Positions 8,582 through 17,725 of a stretch of DNA of 26,987 bases are shown here, one piece after another. The stretch is taken from contig PEZR01000005.1 in NCBI GenBank assembly GCA_002773975.1, positions 3,076 to 30,062 on the forward strand, given 5' to 3'. The translations under genes and the position numbers were made by a program. This DNA comes from Bdellovibrio sp. CG10_big_fil_rev_8_21_14_0_10_47_8. GTDB lineage: Bacteria > Bdellovibrionota > Bdellovibrionia > Bdellovibrionales > Bdellovibrionaceae. The notes under the pieces were generated by a model. It was not told where the DNA came from. It saw only the letters and a program-made list of their open reading frames with translations, and did not search any database. The number at the start of each line of letters is the position of its first letter. Within the stretch, counting starts at the first letter, position 1.

Positions 8582-10432
8582 TTAACTGAGACTATTTGTT
8601 TGGGCCATTTTTCGAAAGCTGGGGCTGGACTCGAGAAGCTGTTCATAAGTTCCCTGTGCAACCACCTGGCCCAAATCCATTTGAACGATGAGGTCGCAAC
8701 GTCGAACGGTGCTCAGTCGATGGGCAATCAAAACAATGGTGAGGTCTCTATCGAGGGCCTCAATCGCCGCCATCACTGATTCTTCAGTGGCGTTGTCCAG
8801 GGCGCTCGTCGCCTCGTCAAAAACAAGGACTGAAGCTTGTTTATAAAGAGCACGCGCAATTCCAATTCTTTGTCTTTGTCCCCCTGAAAGCCGAATTCCC
8901 CTTTCGCCAACAAAACTTTGGTAAGAGCCGGGCCGACTTTCGATGAATTCAGCAATTTGAGCTCTTTGTGCCGCCTGACGAACACGATCATGATCAATCA
9001 ATTCTTTACGAACGCCAAAGGCAATATTTTCCGCGATGGTGGCATCTGCCAAATAGATACTTTGGGGGACGTGAGCAATTGTTCTCTGCCAGGCACGAAT
9101 TCTTTCGACTCGATGGTCATTGTCATGGAGAGGGTGCTCATCCACCAAAATTTCTCCGGAGCTTGGTTTTAAAAGACCCATCATCAAATCCAGCGCTGTG
9201 CTCTTCCCGCTTCCGGTCGCGCCGACGAATCCAATCCGAGCTCCTTTTGGAAGATTCAAGTTGAGGCCTTTCAAAATCAAAGGGCCATCAGCCCCATAAC
9301 GAAAGGTGACTTCATGAAAGCGAATCGATTGATGAAAAGCCAAGGGTGGGGGTGACTGAAATATTGCATCCGGAGGCAGCGGCTGTTCGAGAAGCTCAAT
9401 GGTATCCTGGAGAGAAGCATAGTTTCCAGAAATGCTCGCCCAAGCACTGTAACCTTGTTGCAGGGCTGGAAGCAGTCTTTGAGCTCCAAGGGCCAGCGCC
9501 CCCAATACCGGGAGGGCCGATGCAATGCCGGCGCCTTGTTGACTCAAAACATAGGCTAAAATCGCAATCATCGTCATGCCCAGAGCTTCCATGGCAAAAC
9601 GAGGAAAGCCTGAAATAAAAAGATTGCTTCCGCGAGCTGTTCTTAAGGGCTCATCCGCTCGCCGATAGACTTCGCAAAACACGGGTTGTGTCGCATCTAA
9701 AAGGATATCTCGAATTCCACCCAGACCTTCTTGTAGGGCCTTGATCACATTGGTTTGATCTTGGGAAATGCTTTGGCTATTTTGTCGCAGTCGTTGGCGT
9801 GTGATTCGACTAATGATCACATAAGTAAAGCCAAAGCTGACGATGGCGATAAGGGCCACTTTCCAGTCAATTGCCAGTAGGGCCGTAGTGATCGTTACCA
9901 ACATGACGATCGAACTGAGAAGCATCATCATCTGATAAAGAGAAGCTACAGAATTGGTCACCTTTTCGGTGATTCCACCAATGATTGAGCTGCTGTTTCG
10001 AGACATATGGACGTGATAAGGTTGATAAAGTGTGCGCCGGTAGACTTCGTTACTGAGGTCAGCGCCTGCAGTGAAAGCCAAACGAGTGCTGATCCACAGA
10101 AGAAAAATGCGCAGCCCTCCAACAATCAGTGCCGTGGTCGCAAACAGGATTGTTAAAGGCAATGTCAGTTGTTGTGCGGAGGTGATATTTAAGGCATGGG
10201 CGAACTCAGAGACATAGGGGCGCTGAAAGATCAGATCTGGTGCAGTCAATATTGCCAGAAATGGCATGATGGCACCCATACTCACAACTTCAGCAAAGGC
10301 ACTGATGACCATTACAACCACAACTAAAACAAATTGTCTTTGTCTCTTCTTGCCAAGATGTTGCCAAAGCCGAGCAAATAACTTCGCCACCTTGGGTGAT
10401 GAAATTTTTTTGCTCTTGGAAGGATTGATCAT
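8582..10432 (-). CDS. ABC exporter, fused permease + ATPase (PglK/WlaB/MsbA-like glycan flippase)
   Basis: About six N-terminal TM helices, Walker A GATGSGKST, Q-loop HVPQ, signature LSGGQRQRIG, Walker B VLVFDEATSALD, H-loop IAHRLST. LYQPYHVHMSRNSS resembles glycan-locus exporters. Confidence 0.9.
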   Translation of the reverse strand: MINPSKSKKISSPKVAKLFARLWQHLGKKRQRQFVLVVVVMVISAFAEVVSMGAIMPFLAILTAPDLIFQRPYVSEFAHALNITSAQQLTLPLTILFATTALIVGGLRIFLLWISTRLAFTAGADLSNEVYRRTLYQPYHVHMSRNSSSIIGGITEKVTNSVASLYQMMMLLSSIVMLVTITTALLAIDWKVALIAIVSFGFTYVIISRITRQRLRQNSQSISQDQTNVIKALQEGLGGIRDILLDATQPVFCEVYRRADEPLRTARGSNLFISGFPRFAMEALGMTMIAILAYVLSQQGAGIASALPVLGALALGAQRLLPALQQGYSAWASISGNYASLQDTIELLEQPLPPDAIFQSPPPLAFHQSIRFHEVTFRYGADGPLILKGLNLNLPKGARIGFVGATGSGKSTALDLMMGLLKPSSGEILVDEHPLHDNDHRVERIRAWQRTIAHVPQSIYLADATIAENIAFGVRKELIDHDRVRQAAQRAQIAEFIESRPGSYQSFVGERGIRLSGGQRQRIGIARALYKQASVLVFDEATSALDNATEESVMAAIEALDRDLTIVLIAHRLSTVRRCDLIVQMDLGQVVAQGTYEQLLESSPSFRKMAQTNSLS

Positions 10433-10469
10433 AAAATGCGATTCCTGTCGCTAGAATATTTTGGCAGTT

Positions 10470-11243
10470 TTATCTGATCAGTTGGAGAGTAGAGACGTTG
10501 GCAAAATAATTCCGCCGAACTTTGTATTGGCGTTTCAAGTTTTTTTGTAAGAAGCGAAGGTTGTGCAATCGCCCATCGACAATAATTTTTGACCCTGCGT
10601 AGAGGGACCATTCATAAAGCAAGATATCGGCTTGAACCATAAATCTCAGAGCGCTCATTGAAAGGCCATGAACGTCACCTTCGACGGAGCGAGGGTCGGG
10701 GCCATCGAGATAAATAAGGCTGGGACTGGCATTTGGTAATTTGTCAAAAAAGGAACAAGCTTGCCCATCAAAGTTGGTCAGGCGGGGCGTAGAGACCATT
10801 ACCTCTGCGTATTCACTGAGATTTAATTCTTTAAGAGCATTTTGGACCAAGGTTGCCCACTTCGCATCGGCCTCCACAGCGTAGACCTTGTGTTTGGGTC
10901 CATTTTTTCGTTGTTGAATGGCATAGGCCATGACGATGGTGCTGATCCCGCTACCGAATTCTACTACGTCCTGGCCATCTTTCTGAGAAACATGGCCATA
11001 GAGATACAAAGAATCCCGCTTCTTGTGTCCGGACAAAAAGAACTCATAGTCCTTGTTCTGGTCCAATCGACCATACCGAGAAAGCAATTCTTCCAGACCA
11101 GTTTTGCGAAATTTCCGTTCAACCAGGGAATTTATGAACAGAGTTCCGCGGCCATTGGAATCCGACGTGATTTTTAGTTTTGTGAGAACTACGACGGGAT
11201 CATAACGCAGAAAAACAAAGAACTTTCTTAGAAGACGGAACAT
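10470..11243 (-). CDS. Putative class I SAM-dependent methyltransferase (glycan O-methyltransferase-like)
   Basis: VVEFGSGIST (motif I), VYAVEADAKW (motif II), LIYLDGP, KIIVDG; RBS-like AGGT upstream. Confidence 0.65.
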   Translation of the reverse strand: MFRLLRKFFVFLRYDPVVVLTKLKITSDSNGRGTLFINSLVERKFRKTGLEELLSRYGRLDQNKDYEFFLSGHKKRDSLYLYGHVSQKDGQDVVEFGSGISTIVMAYAIQQRKNGPKHKVYAVEADAKWATLVQNALKELNLSEYAEVMVSTPRLTNFDGQACSFFDKLPNASPSLIYLDGPDPRSVEGDVHGLSMSALRFMVQADILLYEWSLYAGSKIIVDGRLHNLRFLQKNLKRQYKVRRNYFANVSTLQLIR

Positions 11244-11433
11244 TAAAACCTACTCTCGAATTATTTAAGAAAGAAATCGCAGCTAATAGGAATCTTGTCA
11301 ATGAAACAGCCCGGTTGAGTATCACCCGAGGGAACCGGCATTGTCCTAATGACTTACGGCGTCGTGCAAAGCGGATGTGTTCAAGAAAAAAATGCGATAA
11401 CAAAAACGGCATTCACTGATGAGCGGAGATATT
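11244..11433. promoter_or_regulatory. Divergent promoter region between the 7-gene minus block and the 13-gene plus block
   Basis: Largest intergenic gap (190 bp to ATG 11434) and divergent orientation. It contains TTGTCA at 11295 and a CCGGTT/AACCGG inverted repeat at 11311..11338. Exact promoter elements not resolved. Confidence 0.5.
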
Positions 11434-12483
11434 ATGGCGAGATGGAAAGAAGCTCTGGTCTCACGACAAACTTCAATTCGCGAAGCAATTCAAATTCTGG
11501 ATAAAAGCGCTCTACAGATTGTTTTGGTGGTGGACGAGAACCAACGCCTTTTGGGAACCATTACCGATGGTGATGTTCGTCGCGGTATTTTAAGAGGTTT
11601 GGAACTGAGTCAGTCTGTTCAAGAAGTGATGAATCCGAACCCTACGGTGATTCGTTCCGAAGATGACCGAGAGACCATTTTGGCCACCATGAGAAGCCGC
11701 GGCATTCACCACATGCCCCTCGTTGACGACGATGGCCGACTGGTTGGCTTAGATACTCTAGATGAGTTGCTTCAGCCGCAACGGAAGGACAACCCTGTGG
11801 TGTTGATGGCTGGTGGCTTGGGAACTCGGTTGCGTCCGTTGACCGCGGATTGTCCCAAACCAATGATTCATGTTGGTAATAAGCCTTTGCTGGAAACCAT
11901 CATTGAAAACTTTTTGTCCTATGGATTTCATCGATTTTACATTTCGGTAAATTATAAGGCTGATGTGGTGAAGTCATATTTTGAAGATGGTTCTAAGTGG
12001 GGCGCCAATATTCAATATTTGCATGAAACACATAGCCTCGGAACGGCTGGCGCATTGAGTTTGCTGCCAGAAACGCCGGAACTCCCCATGCTGGTCATGA
12101 ATGGGGATGTGCTGACAAAGGTAAACTTTGCTCAACTTTTGAATTTTCATTCCAAAAAACAGGCCATGGGAACAATGTGTGTGCGGGAATATGACTTTCA
12201 AGTGCCCTACGGAGTCGTGGAAATTGATAAACACCGCATGTTGGGGATCACTGAAAAGCCCATTCAGAGATTTTTTGTTAATGCCGGGATCTATGTTCTT
12301 GATCCAGCGGCCCTGCAGTTTGTGGCGCAAAATACTTTTTTTGATATGCCGACCTTATTTGAGAAACTGATGGAGAAGAAAAAGGAAACGATTGTTTTTC
12401 CCGTTCGAGAATACTGGCTCGATATTGGACAGATGTCTGACTATGACCGCGCCAATGGCGAGTACAAGGAATTTTTCCCATGA
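11434..12483 (+). CDS. CBS-domain nucleotidyltransferase (LegX/PtmE-type glucosamine-1-P guanylyltransferase family)
   Basis: N-terminal CBS pair (LLGTITDGDVRRGIL), AGGLGTRLRPLT..CPKPM, LGTAGAL, NGDVLT, NAGIYVL, EYWLDIG. ATG 11434 after GGAG is preferred over 11419. Confidence 0.9.
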   Translation: MARWKEALVSRQTSIREAIQILDKSALQIVLVVDENQRLLGTITDGDVRRGILRGLELSQSVQEVMNPNPTVIRSEDDRETILATMRSRGIHHMPLVDDDGRLVGLDTLDELLQPQRKDNPVVLMAGGLGTRLRPLTADCPKPMIHVGNKPLLETIIENFLSYGFHRFYISVNYKADVVKSYFEDGSKWGANIQYLHETHSLGTAGALSLLPETPELPMLVMNGDVLTKVNFAQLLNFHSKKQAMGTMCVREYDFQVPYGVVEIDKHRMLGITEKPIQRFFVNAGIYVLDPAALQFVAQNTFFDMPTLFEKLMEKKKETIVFPVREYWLDIGQMSDYDRANGEYKEFFP

Positions 12484-13175
12484 AATCTTCTGTTGTTGCG
12501 TTGATTTGTGCGCGTGGGGGCTCTAAGGGTTTGCCCGGCAAAAACATTCGCCCCCTGGCAGGAAAACCTTTGATTGTTTGGGCCATTGAGCAAGCGCGTG
12601 CGGTTTCTCGGGTTCAAAGGGTTATTGTGTCTACAGATTCCGAGGAAATTGCAGAGATTGCGCGGGGAGCAGGGGCAGAGGTTCCATTTATGCGCCCTCC
12701 GGAATTGGCGAGGGATGACAGTCCCGAATGGCTGACCTGGCGTCATGCCATGAATTTCTTGAAAGAAACCGATGGCGCTTATCCAGATCGGTTTATCGTC
12801 GTTCCAGCGACGGCGCCCCTGCGGAGCGTTTCTGATCTTGAAAAGTGTTTAGACGAGTATGAAAAAGGCGGGGCGGATCTGGTGATTACCGTCACGGAAG
12901 CACATCGAAATCCTGCCTTCAATATGGTGAAGGTGCTCGAAGATGGATGCGTTGGACTGGTGATGCCTCAGAGTTTGATCAGTCGCCGTCAAGATGCCCC
13001 TAAGGTCTATGACGTGACCACGGTGGCCTATGTTGCTCGTCCAGAGTTTGTTATTCACAAGAACAGTTTGTTCGAAGGAAAAGTTCGTCATGTGTGTATT
13101 CCTGCCGAACGAGCTTTGGATATCGATACCCCCTTGGATTTTAAAATTGCAGAATGTCTAATGGCACATCGATGA
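12480..13175 (+). CDS. neuA: CMP-nonulosonate synthetase 1 (NeuA/LegF/PtmB)
   Basis: ICARGGSKGLPGKNIR, VSTD, VPFMRPPELA.D, PATAPLR, DIDTPLDF; ATGA overlap with the upstream gene. Confidence 0.92.
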   Translation: MKSSVVALICARGGSKGLPGKNIRPLAGKPLIVWAIEQARAVSRVQRVIVSTDSEEIAEIARGAGAEVPFMRPPELARDDSPEWLTWRHAMNFLKETDGAYPDRFIVVPATAPLRSVSDLEKCLDEYEKGGADLVITVTEAHRNPAFNMVKVLEDGCVGLVMPQSLISRRQDAPKVYDVTTVAYVARPEFVIHKNSLFEGKVRHVCIPAERALDIDTPLDFKIAECLMAHR

Positions 13176-14650
13176 ACAACGAGCGGTTGCCAATTTTGGT
13201 GGTGTGCAATTCACGCCATCATTCAAAAACACAGATTCATTTGGCAGAATCATTGGCAGATCGAGATTCCAGAATATCTGTTTTTGTCCTTTGTGAGGCG
13301 GCCGACATTGACTGGTTTAAAAAGACAGTTTCTAGCCAAAACACTCAGGTCCTATCAATTGATCAGGAAGCTCCAGTCGCCGAGAGGAATTTTTCTGTTG
13401 TTAAAGAGAAATCTCTTTCTGAAAAAATGTTTTCTTTGGCCTTAAAGCTCAACCAGAGGCTCACCAGATCTTCAAAATTTCTTCAACAGTTTGCAAGGCT
13501 TGTTCGAGAAAGCTCATTGATCTGTCTTTGGAGACAAAGACGAAATCGAAAATTTTTTGTTGGAAGGATGAAAAAAGTCGACAAAATATTCAGTCAAATT
13601 CATCCCTCAGTGGTGTTTTCTTTCGGTGATCGTCACTTGGATATTGAGGCCGCAGTCCTGATGGTGGCGCACGCACAGGACATTCCTGTGATCTGTCCCT
13701 ATTGCACTTATCATGGGGTGGAGGGACTATTGAAGATCCGACAGCTTCAAGGGGAGCCCAAGCGGTGGTGGCCATTCTCAGTTTATCGAACAATCGTTGG
13801 CTGGTATCTTCCCGGACAGGTCAGACAGGGATATTTCTATCAACCCCCAAGCATCACCATGGCTGTTCATTCCTTGGGAGGTCTGTCTAAAAACCCATGG
13901 GTTTTTGGGAATGGATTGTCCGATGTTGTTTGTGTTGACAACGAGTTCACCGAAAAAAGGTATTTGGCAGAAGGTGTTCCATCAGCAAAACTGCGTGTTG
14001 TCGGCGACGTTTCTTATGATGTTATCTTTGAGCAGTTTGTACGTAAAGAGAAGCTTCGGCAGGAGATTGCTCAAGAGTACGGCTTGGACGCCGCTAAAAA
14101 AACTTTGATTTTTGCCCTTCCACAATTTGCGGAACAAGGTGTTATGGGTTGGGACCAACACTGGCAGGAGATTCGTCTTTTGACCCAACAAGCTGTCGAT
14201 AGTGGCTTCAATGTTTTGATTTCTTTGCACCCACGGGTCAATCCCCAGGAGTATGAATTTTTAGAGAGAGATTTCGCAGTTCATGTCTCTCGACGTCCGA
14301 TGAAGGAAATTTTGCCGGTGGGGGATGTCTTTTTAGCGATCAACTCGAGCACTGTTTTTTGGGCTGTTTTGTGTGGCATCCCGTCGGTGATTATTGATGC
14401 TTATGGCCTGAGTTCAGTCCCCTTTGAACATCTAAAAACAGTTCGACTGGTGAATGATCCACACCGCTTGAGCTCAGAAATCATAAGAGCTGTCGAAGAG
14501 GGCTTGCAACATCAGGAGAACCTCAAAGAGGACTGGAAAAACCTTTCTCGGGAAAAGGTTTTTGATGGTAAGGTCACCGAGCGATATTACGATATTGTAA
14601 CAAAAGGAACTTCACGTGTGCGGAATCCTTGGCGCAGTCCCGGCAATTGA
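13172..14650 (+). CDS. Putative GT-B glycosyltransferase, candidate legionaminic-acid transferase
   Basis: ATG 13172 overlaps the neuA stop (ATGA). GVPSAKLRVVGDVSYD, LISLHPRV (HP motif), FLAINSSTVFWAVLCGIPSV resemble sialyl/CDP-glycerol transferase-like GT-B C-domains. Confidence 0.6.
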   Translation: MNNERLPILVVCNSRHHSKTQIHLAESLADRDSRISVFVLCEAADIDWFKKTVSSQNTQVLSIDQEAPVAERNFSVVKEKSLSEKMFSLALKLNQRLTRSSKFLQQFARLVRESSLICLWRQRRNRKFFVGRMKKVDKIFSQIHPSVVFSFGDRHLDIEAAVLMVAHAQDIPVICPYCTYHGVEGLLKIRQLQGEPKRWWPFSVYRTIVGWYLPGQVRQGYFYQPPSITMAVHSLGGLSKNPWVFGNGLSDVVCVDNEFTEKRYLAEGVPSAKLRVVGDVSYDVIFEQFVRKEKLRQEIAQEYGLDAAKKTLIFALPQFAEQGVMGWDQHWQEIRLLTQQAVDSGFNVLISLHPRVNPQEYEFLERDFAVHVSRRPMKEILPVGDVFLAINSSTVFWAVLCGIPSVIIDAYGLSSVPFEHLKTVRLVNDPHRLSSEIIRAVEEGLQHQENLKEDWKNLSREKVFDGKVTERYYDIVTKGTSRVRNPWRSPGN

Positions 14651-16457
14651 GAAAAATAGGTTTCATAAAGCCTTGGGCTCTTTGGCACATCGGGGTCCCG
14701 ATGGGGACGGAGTATGGCAGGACGGTGGGCATGCGATATTGGGCCATCGTCGTTTGGCCATCATCGACGTCAGCAATTTGGCATCCCAGCCAATGCAGTA
14801 TCGTGGTCGGTACAATCTTGTTTTCAATGGAGAGATTTACAATTTTTTAGAAATTCGGCGGGAACTTGAGGCTCGGGGGCATCGGTTTGTTAGCCACTCG
14901 GACACCGAAGTTTTGCTGGCGGCTTTTGCGGAGTGGGGTCCTCAGTGCTTGCAGAAATTCAATGGAATGTGGGCCTTCGCTATCTGGGACAGCCTTGAGA
15001 AGAAGCTTTTTCTGTCTCGCGATCGACTGGGAAAGAAGCCTTTGTATTATGCTCATGTCGGCGGACAGTTGATTTTTGGATCAGAGCAAAAGGCAATTTT
15101 GCCTTTTCTGCCAAGGGTTCGACCGTCGGCGAACTTTGAATCTTTGTGCAACAATGCCTATGCCTATGAAGCAACGGAAGAAACTTTATTTGAAGGGGTT
15201 CGCCGATTTCCCGCGGCTCACTATGCTTGGTTGCAGGGGGACCGACTGGTTAAAACACAGTATTGGTCCGTCATCGAAAGTTCAACGATGGTGCCGTCGT
15301 CATATGATCAACAAGTCGAACAGTTGCGGGAATTATTGGTGGACTCGTGTCGGATTCGAATGCGAGCCGACGTTCCGATCGGCACAGGATTAAGTGGCGG
15401 TGTGGACTCTAGCGCGGTGGCAGCGGCCTTGTCCGAAGCGATGAAGAGGTCCAATAAAGAAGGGGCCGCCAGCAATTGGCAGAATTCCTTTGTCGCCAGT
15501 TTTCCGGGAACTGTGATGGACGAAAGCACTCAGGCAGAGCAGGTTGCAAAGCATCTAGGGATTCAACACACCAAGGTGATCATTCAACCAGAGCAATACG
15601 CAACCCAATTGGAGAGACTGGTTTACATGATGGAGGACATCCACGAGGTTAACCCCATCCCACATATTGCCTTGTATCGGGAGATGCGAGCAAAGGGAGT
15701 CCTAGTCACCTTGGATGGGCATGGTGGGGACGAGCTTTTTTGTGGGTATGAGTCCTCGATTTTACATGCTCTGCCCGAGACCCTTGGAAGCTGCTCTGCG
15801 GCGCGCTCTGTGCTTCAGACCTACCATGACTGTCACCCTCAGAATCAGTATTTTCGCGGTATGACAAAAAATCAGATTGCTTGGTATCTCTTCAAAGCCA
15901 AGGGGCGAATGATTTTACAAGAGGGTCTGTTGTCTGAGCATCGACTAAAATCCCACTTTGGTGCTTTGAACGCCCATTTGTTTGAGCTCAGTTTTCGGAC
16001 GGTTTTTCCGACGCTGCTTCGGAATTACGATCGATATTCAATGATCAACGGGGTGGAGATTCGTATGCCCTTGATTGATCATCGCATTGTCAGCTTTGCG
16101 TTCTCGATTCCTTGGCAATCCAAGCTAAAAAATGGCTTCACAAAAAGCCTACTTCGTGATGCTGTGTCCCCTTGGCTTCCCCCAGAGATTGTGCGGAGAA
16201 AGACGAAGATCGGCTTTGCTCCACCCATTCAGGACTGGATGCGAGGACCCCTGAGGACATATTTGATGGACGAGATCGAGTCCAAGTCTTTCAGAGAGGC
16301 CAACCTCATTTCAGCCGAAGAGCTGGGGCCTAAAATCAAAAGTTTGGTTGACGGAGAAAATCGACCAATTTTGTATGAAGCTGAACAGACGTGGAAGCAG
16401 TTCAATATTTACTTGTGGGAAAAGGCTTTTATTCAAAATCAGTTATGGAAAATTTAA
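14616..16457 (+). CDS. asnB: Asparagine synthase-like glutamine amidotransferase (AsnB/WbpS/PtmG type)
   Basis: GTG start giving N-terminal nucleophile MCGI. GHRRLAIID, FNGEIYNF, SDTEV, LSGGVDSS, DGHGGDELFCGY, GVEIRMP. Confidence 0.93.
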   Translation: MCGILGAVPAIEKNRFHKALGSLAHRGPDGDGVWQDGGHAILGHRRLAIIDVSNLASQPMQYRGRYNLVFNGEIYNFLEIRRELEARGHRFVSHSDTEVLLAAFAEWGPQCLQKFNGMWAFAIWDSLEKKLFLSRDRLGKKPLYYAHVGGQLIFGSEQKAILPFLPRVRPSANFESLCNNAYAYEATEETLFEGVRRFPAAHYAWLQGDRLVKTQYWSVIESSTMVPSSYDQQVEQLRELLVDSCRIRMRADVPIGTGLSGGVDSSAVAAALSEAMKRSNKEGAASNWQNSFVASFPGTVMDESTQAEQVAKHLGIQHTKVIIQPEQYATQLERLVYMMEDIHEVNPIPHIALYREMRAKGVLVTLDGHGGDELFCGYESSILHALPETLGSCSAARSVLQTYHDCHPQNQYFRGMTKNQIAWYLFKAKGRMILQEGLLSEHRLKSHFGALNAHLFELSFRTVFPTLLRNYDRYSMINGVEIRMPLIDHRIVSFAFSIPWQSKLKNGFTKSLLRDAVSPWLPPEIVRRKTKIGFAPPIQDWMRGPLRTYLMDEIESKSFREANLISAEELGPKIKSLVDGENRPILYEAEQTWKQFNIYLWEKAFIQNQLWKI

Positions 16458-17725
16458 AACCAAAGGTCATTTTTTTCGCACCGATCCTAGAATACCCTCC
16501 AGCCGGGGGCCCACAAATGAGCGTCACCAATGCCGTGAAAGCTCTCAGTGAAGTTTCACAGCTTCACATTATCACCACTGTTCCAGAAAGTCGTCTGGGC
16601 CCAGAGGCACAGGCCTTTTTTAAAAGCAAATCCCACGCCTTGGTGTTTGCACCCTCAAGCACCTTTAATTCAAATCATCCCCTGGGAGATCGTATTCTTC
16701 GCAAGGTGCGAAGACTGATTTCCCCGTTGCTTGCTTTGGCAGATGTGCGATTTACCGTTGAATATGCTAGAAAATATCAAATTGAAATCTTCTGGGTGGA
16801 TCGTGTTTTAGAATACACTTTCTATGTTTTTCAACAGCTGCGACGAAAAGAGCCCCGGGCTTATGTCATCGGCGATACCTGCTCGGTCTATTCTCGTTTT
16901 GTTCTTCGTGAGTTGCCATTGATCAAGAACCCCATTCGTCGCTGGTGGGTGGAGCAACGGGGTCGAAAAAAGATCCAAGAAGAAAAAGAGCTGACAGAGT
17001 TCGCTAATGTTGTGACGGCTGTTTCAGAGCTCGATGCCGAGTATTTTCGTTCCATCGCCCCTCGTCCTCAGACAATTAAGTTGTTCTCTAACGTAGTTGA
17101 TTTGTTGGATTACAAGACCCACGTGCCAGCCCCGGCCTCACTGCAAAAGCCCTATGTTTTATTGATGGGGGTGTTCGGTCATAAGAACAGTCCCATGGAC
17201 CGTGCAGCGAAATGGTTGGTGGAAGAAATCATGCCGCTGGTTTTGTCTGAAGTTCCAGATGCACGTTTGTATATTGTGGGAAAAAATTCAGATCGGACTC
17301 TGGCACACTATCAAAGCCCATCCGTCGTTGTTACCGGTCGAGTGCCCTCGATGCTGCCGTATTTGCAGGGTGCTAGCGCAACACTTGTTCCTTTGATGTA
17401 TGAGTCAGGAACTCGATTCAAAATTTTAGAGTCTGGAGCTGCGGCAATCCCCTGTATCTCGACAACACTGGGAGCCGAAGGCATTCGAGTGACAGACAAA
17501 GAAAATATCATCATCGCCGACAATACGGTGGATTTTGCGCGAGCTATTGTCGACATTTTTAAAAATCCTGAGGCAGCAAAGAGTCTGGGACAAAATCTAC
17601 ATACTTTGGTGAAAGATCAATATAGCATTGAAACTCAAAAAAGAGATGCGGACACCGTCCTTCAATTTCTTCATGGGACAGGAAAAAGTGCCCGCGATCC
17701 GGGTGCGGAGATGAATTCTCCGTGA
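16445..17725 (+). CDS. Glycosyltransferase family 4 (GT-B, retaining)
   Basis: YPPAGG near the N-terminus; GRVPSMLPYL, VPLMYESGTRFKILESGAAAIPCISTTLGAEGI (GT4 EX7-type motif region). ATG 16445 is preferred over 16391. Confidence 0.85.
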   Translation: MENLKPKVIFFAPILEYPPAGGPQMSVTNAVKALSEVSQLHIITTVPESRLGPEAQAFFKSKSHALVFAPSSTFNSNHPLGDRILRKVRRLISPLLALADVRFTVEYARKYQIEIFWVDRVLEYTFYVFQQLRRKEPRAYVIGDTCSVYSRFVLRELPLIKNPIRRWWVEQRGRKKIQEEKELTEFANVVTAVSELDAEYFRSIAPRPQTIKLFSNVVDLLDYKTHVPAPASLQKPYVLLMGVFGHKNSPMDRAAKWLVEEIMPLVLSEVPDARLYIVGKNSDRTLAHYQSPSVVVTGRVPSMLPYLQGASATLVPLMYESGTRFKILESGAAAIPCISTTLGAEGIRVTDKENIIIADNTVDFARAIVDIFKNPEAAKSLGQNLHTLVKDQYSIETQKRDADTVLQFLHGTGKSARDPGAEMNSP

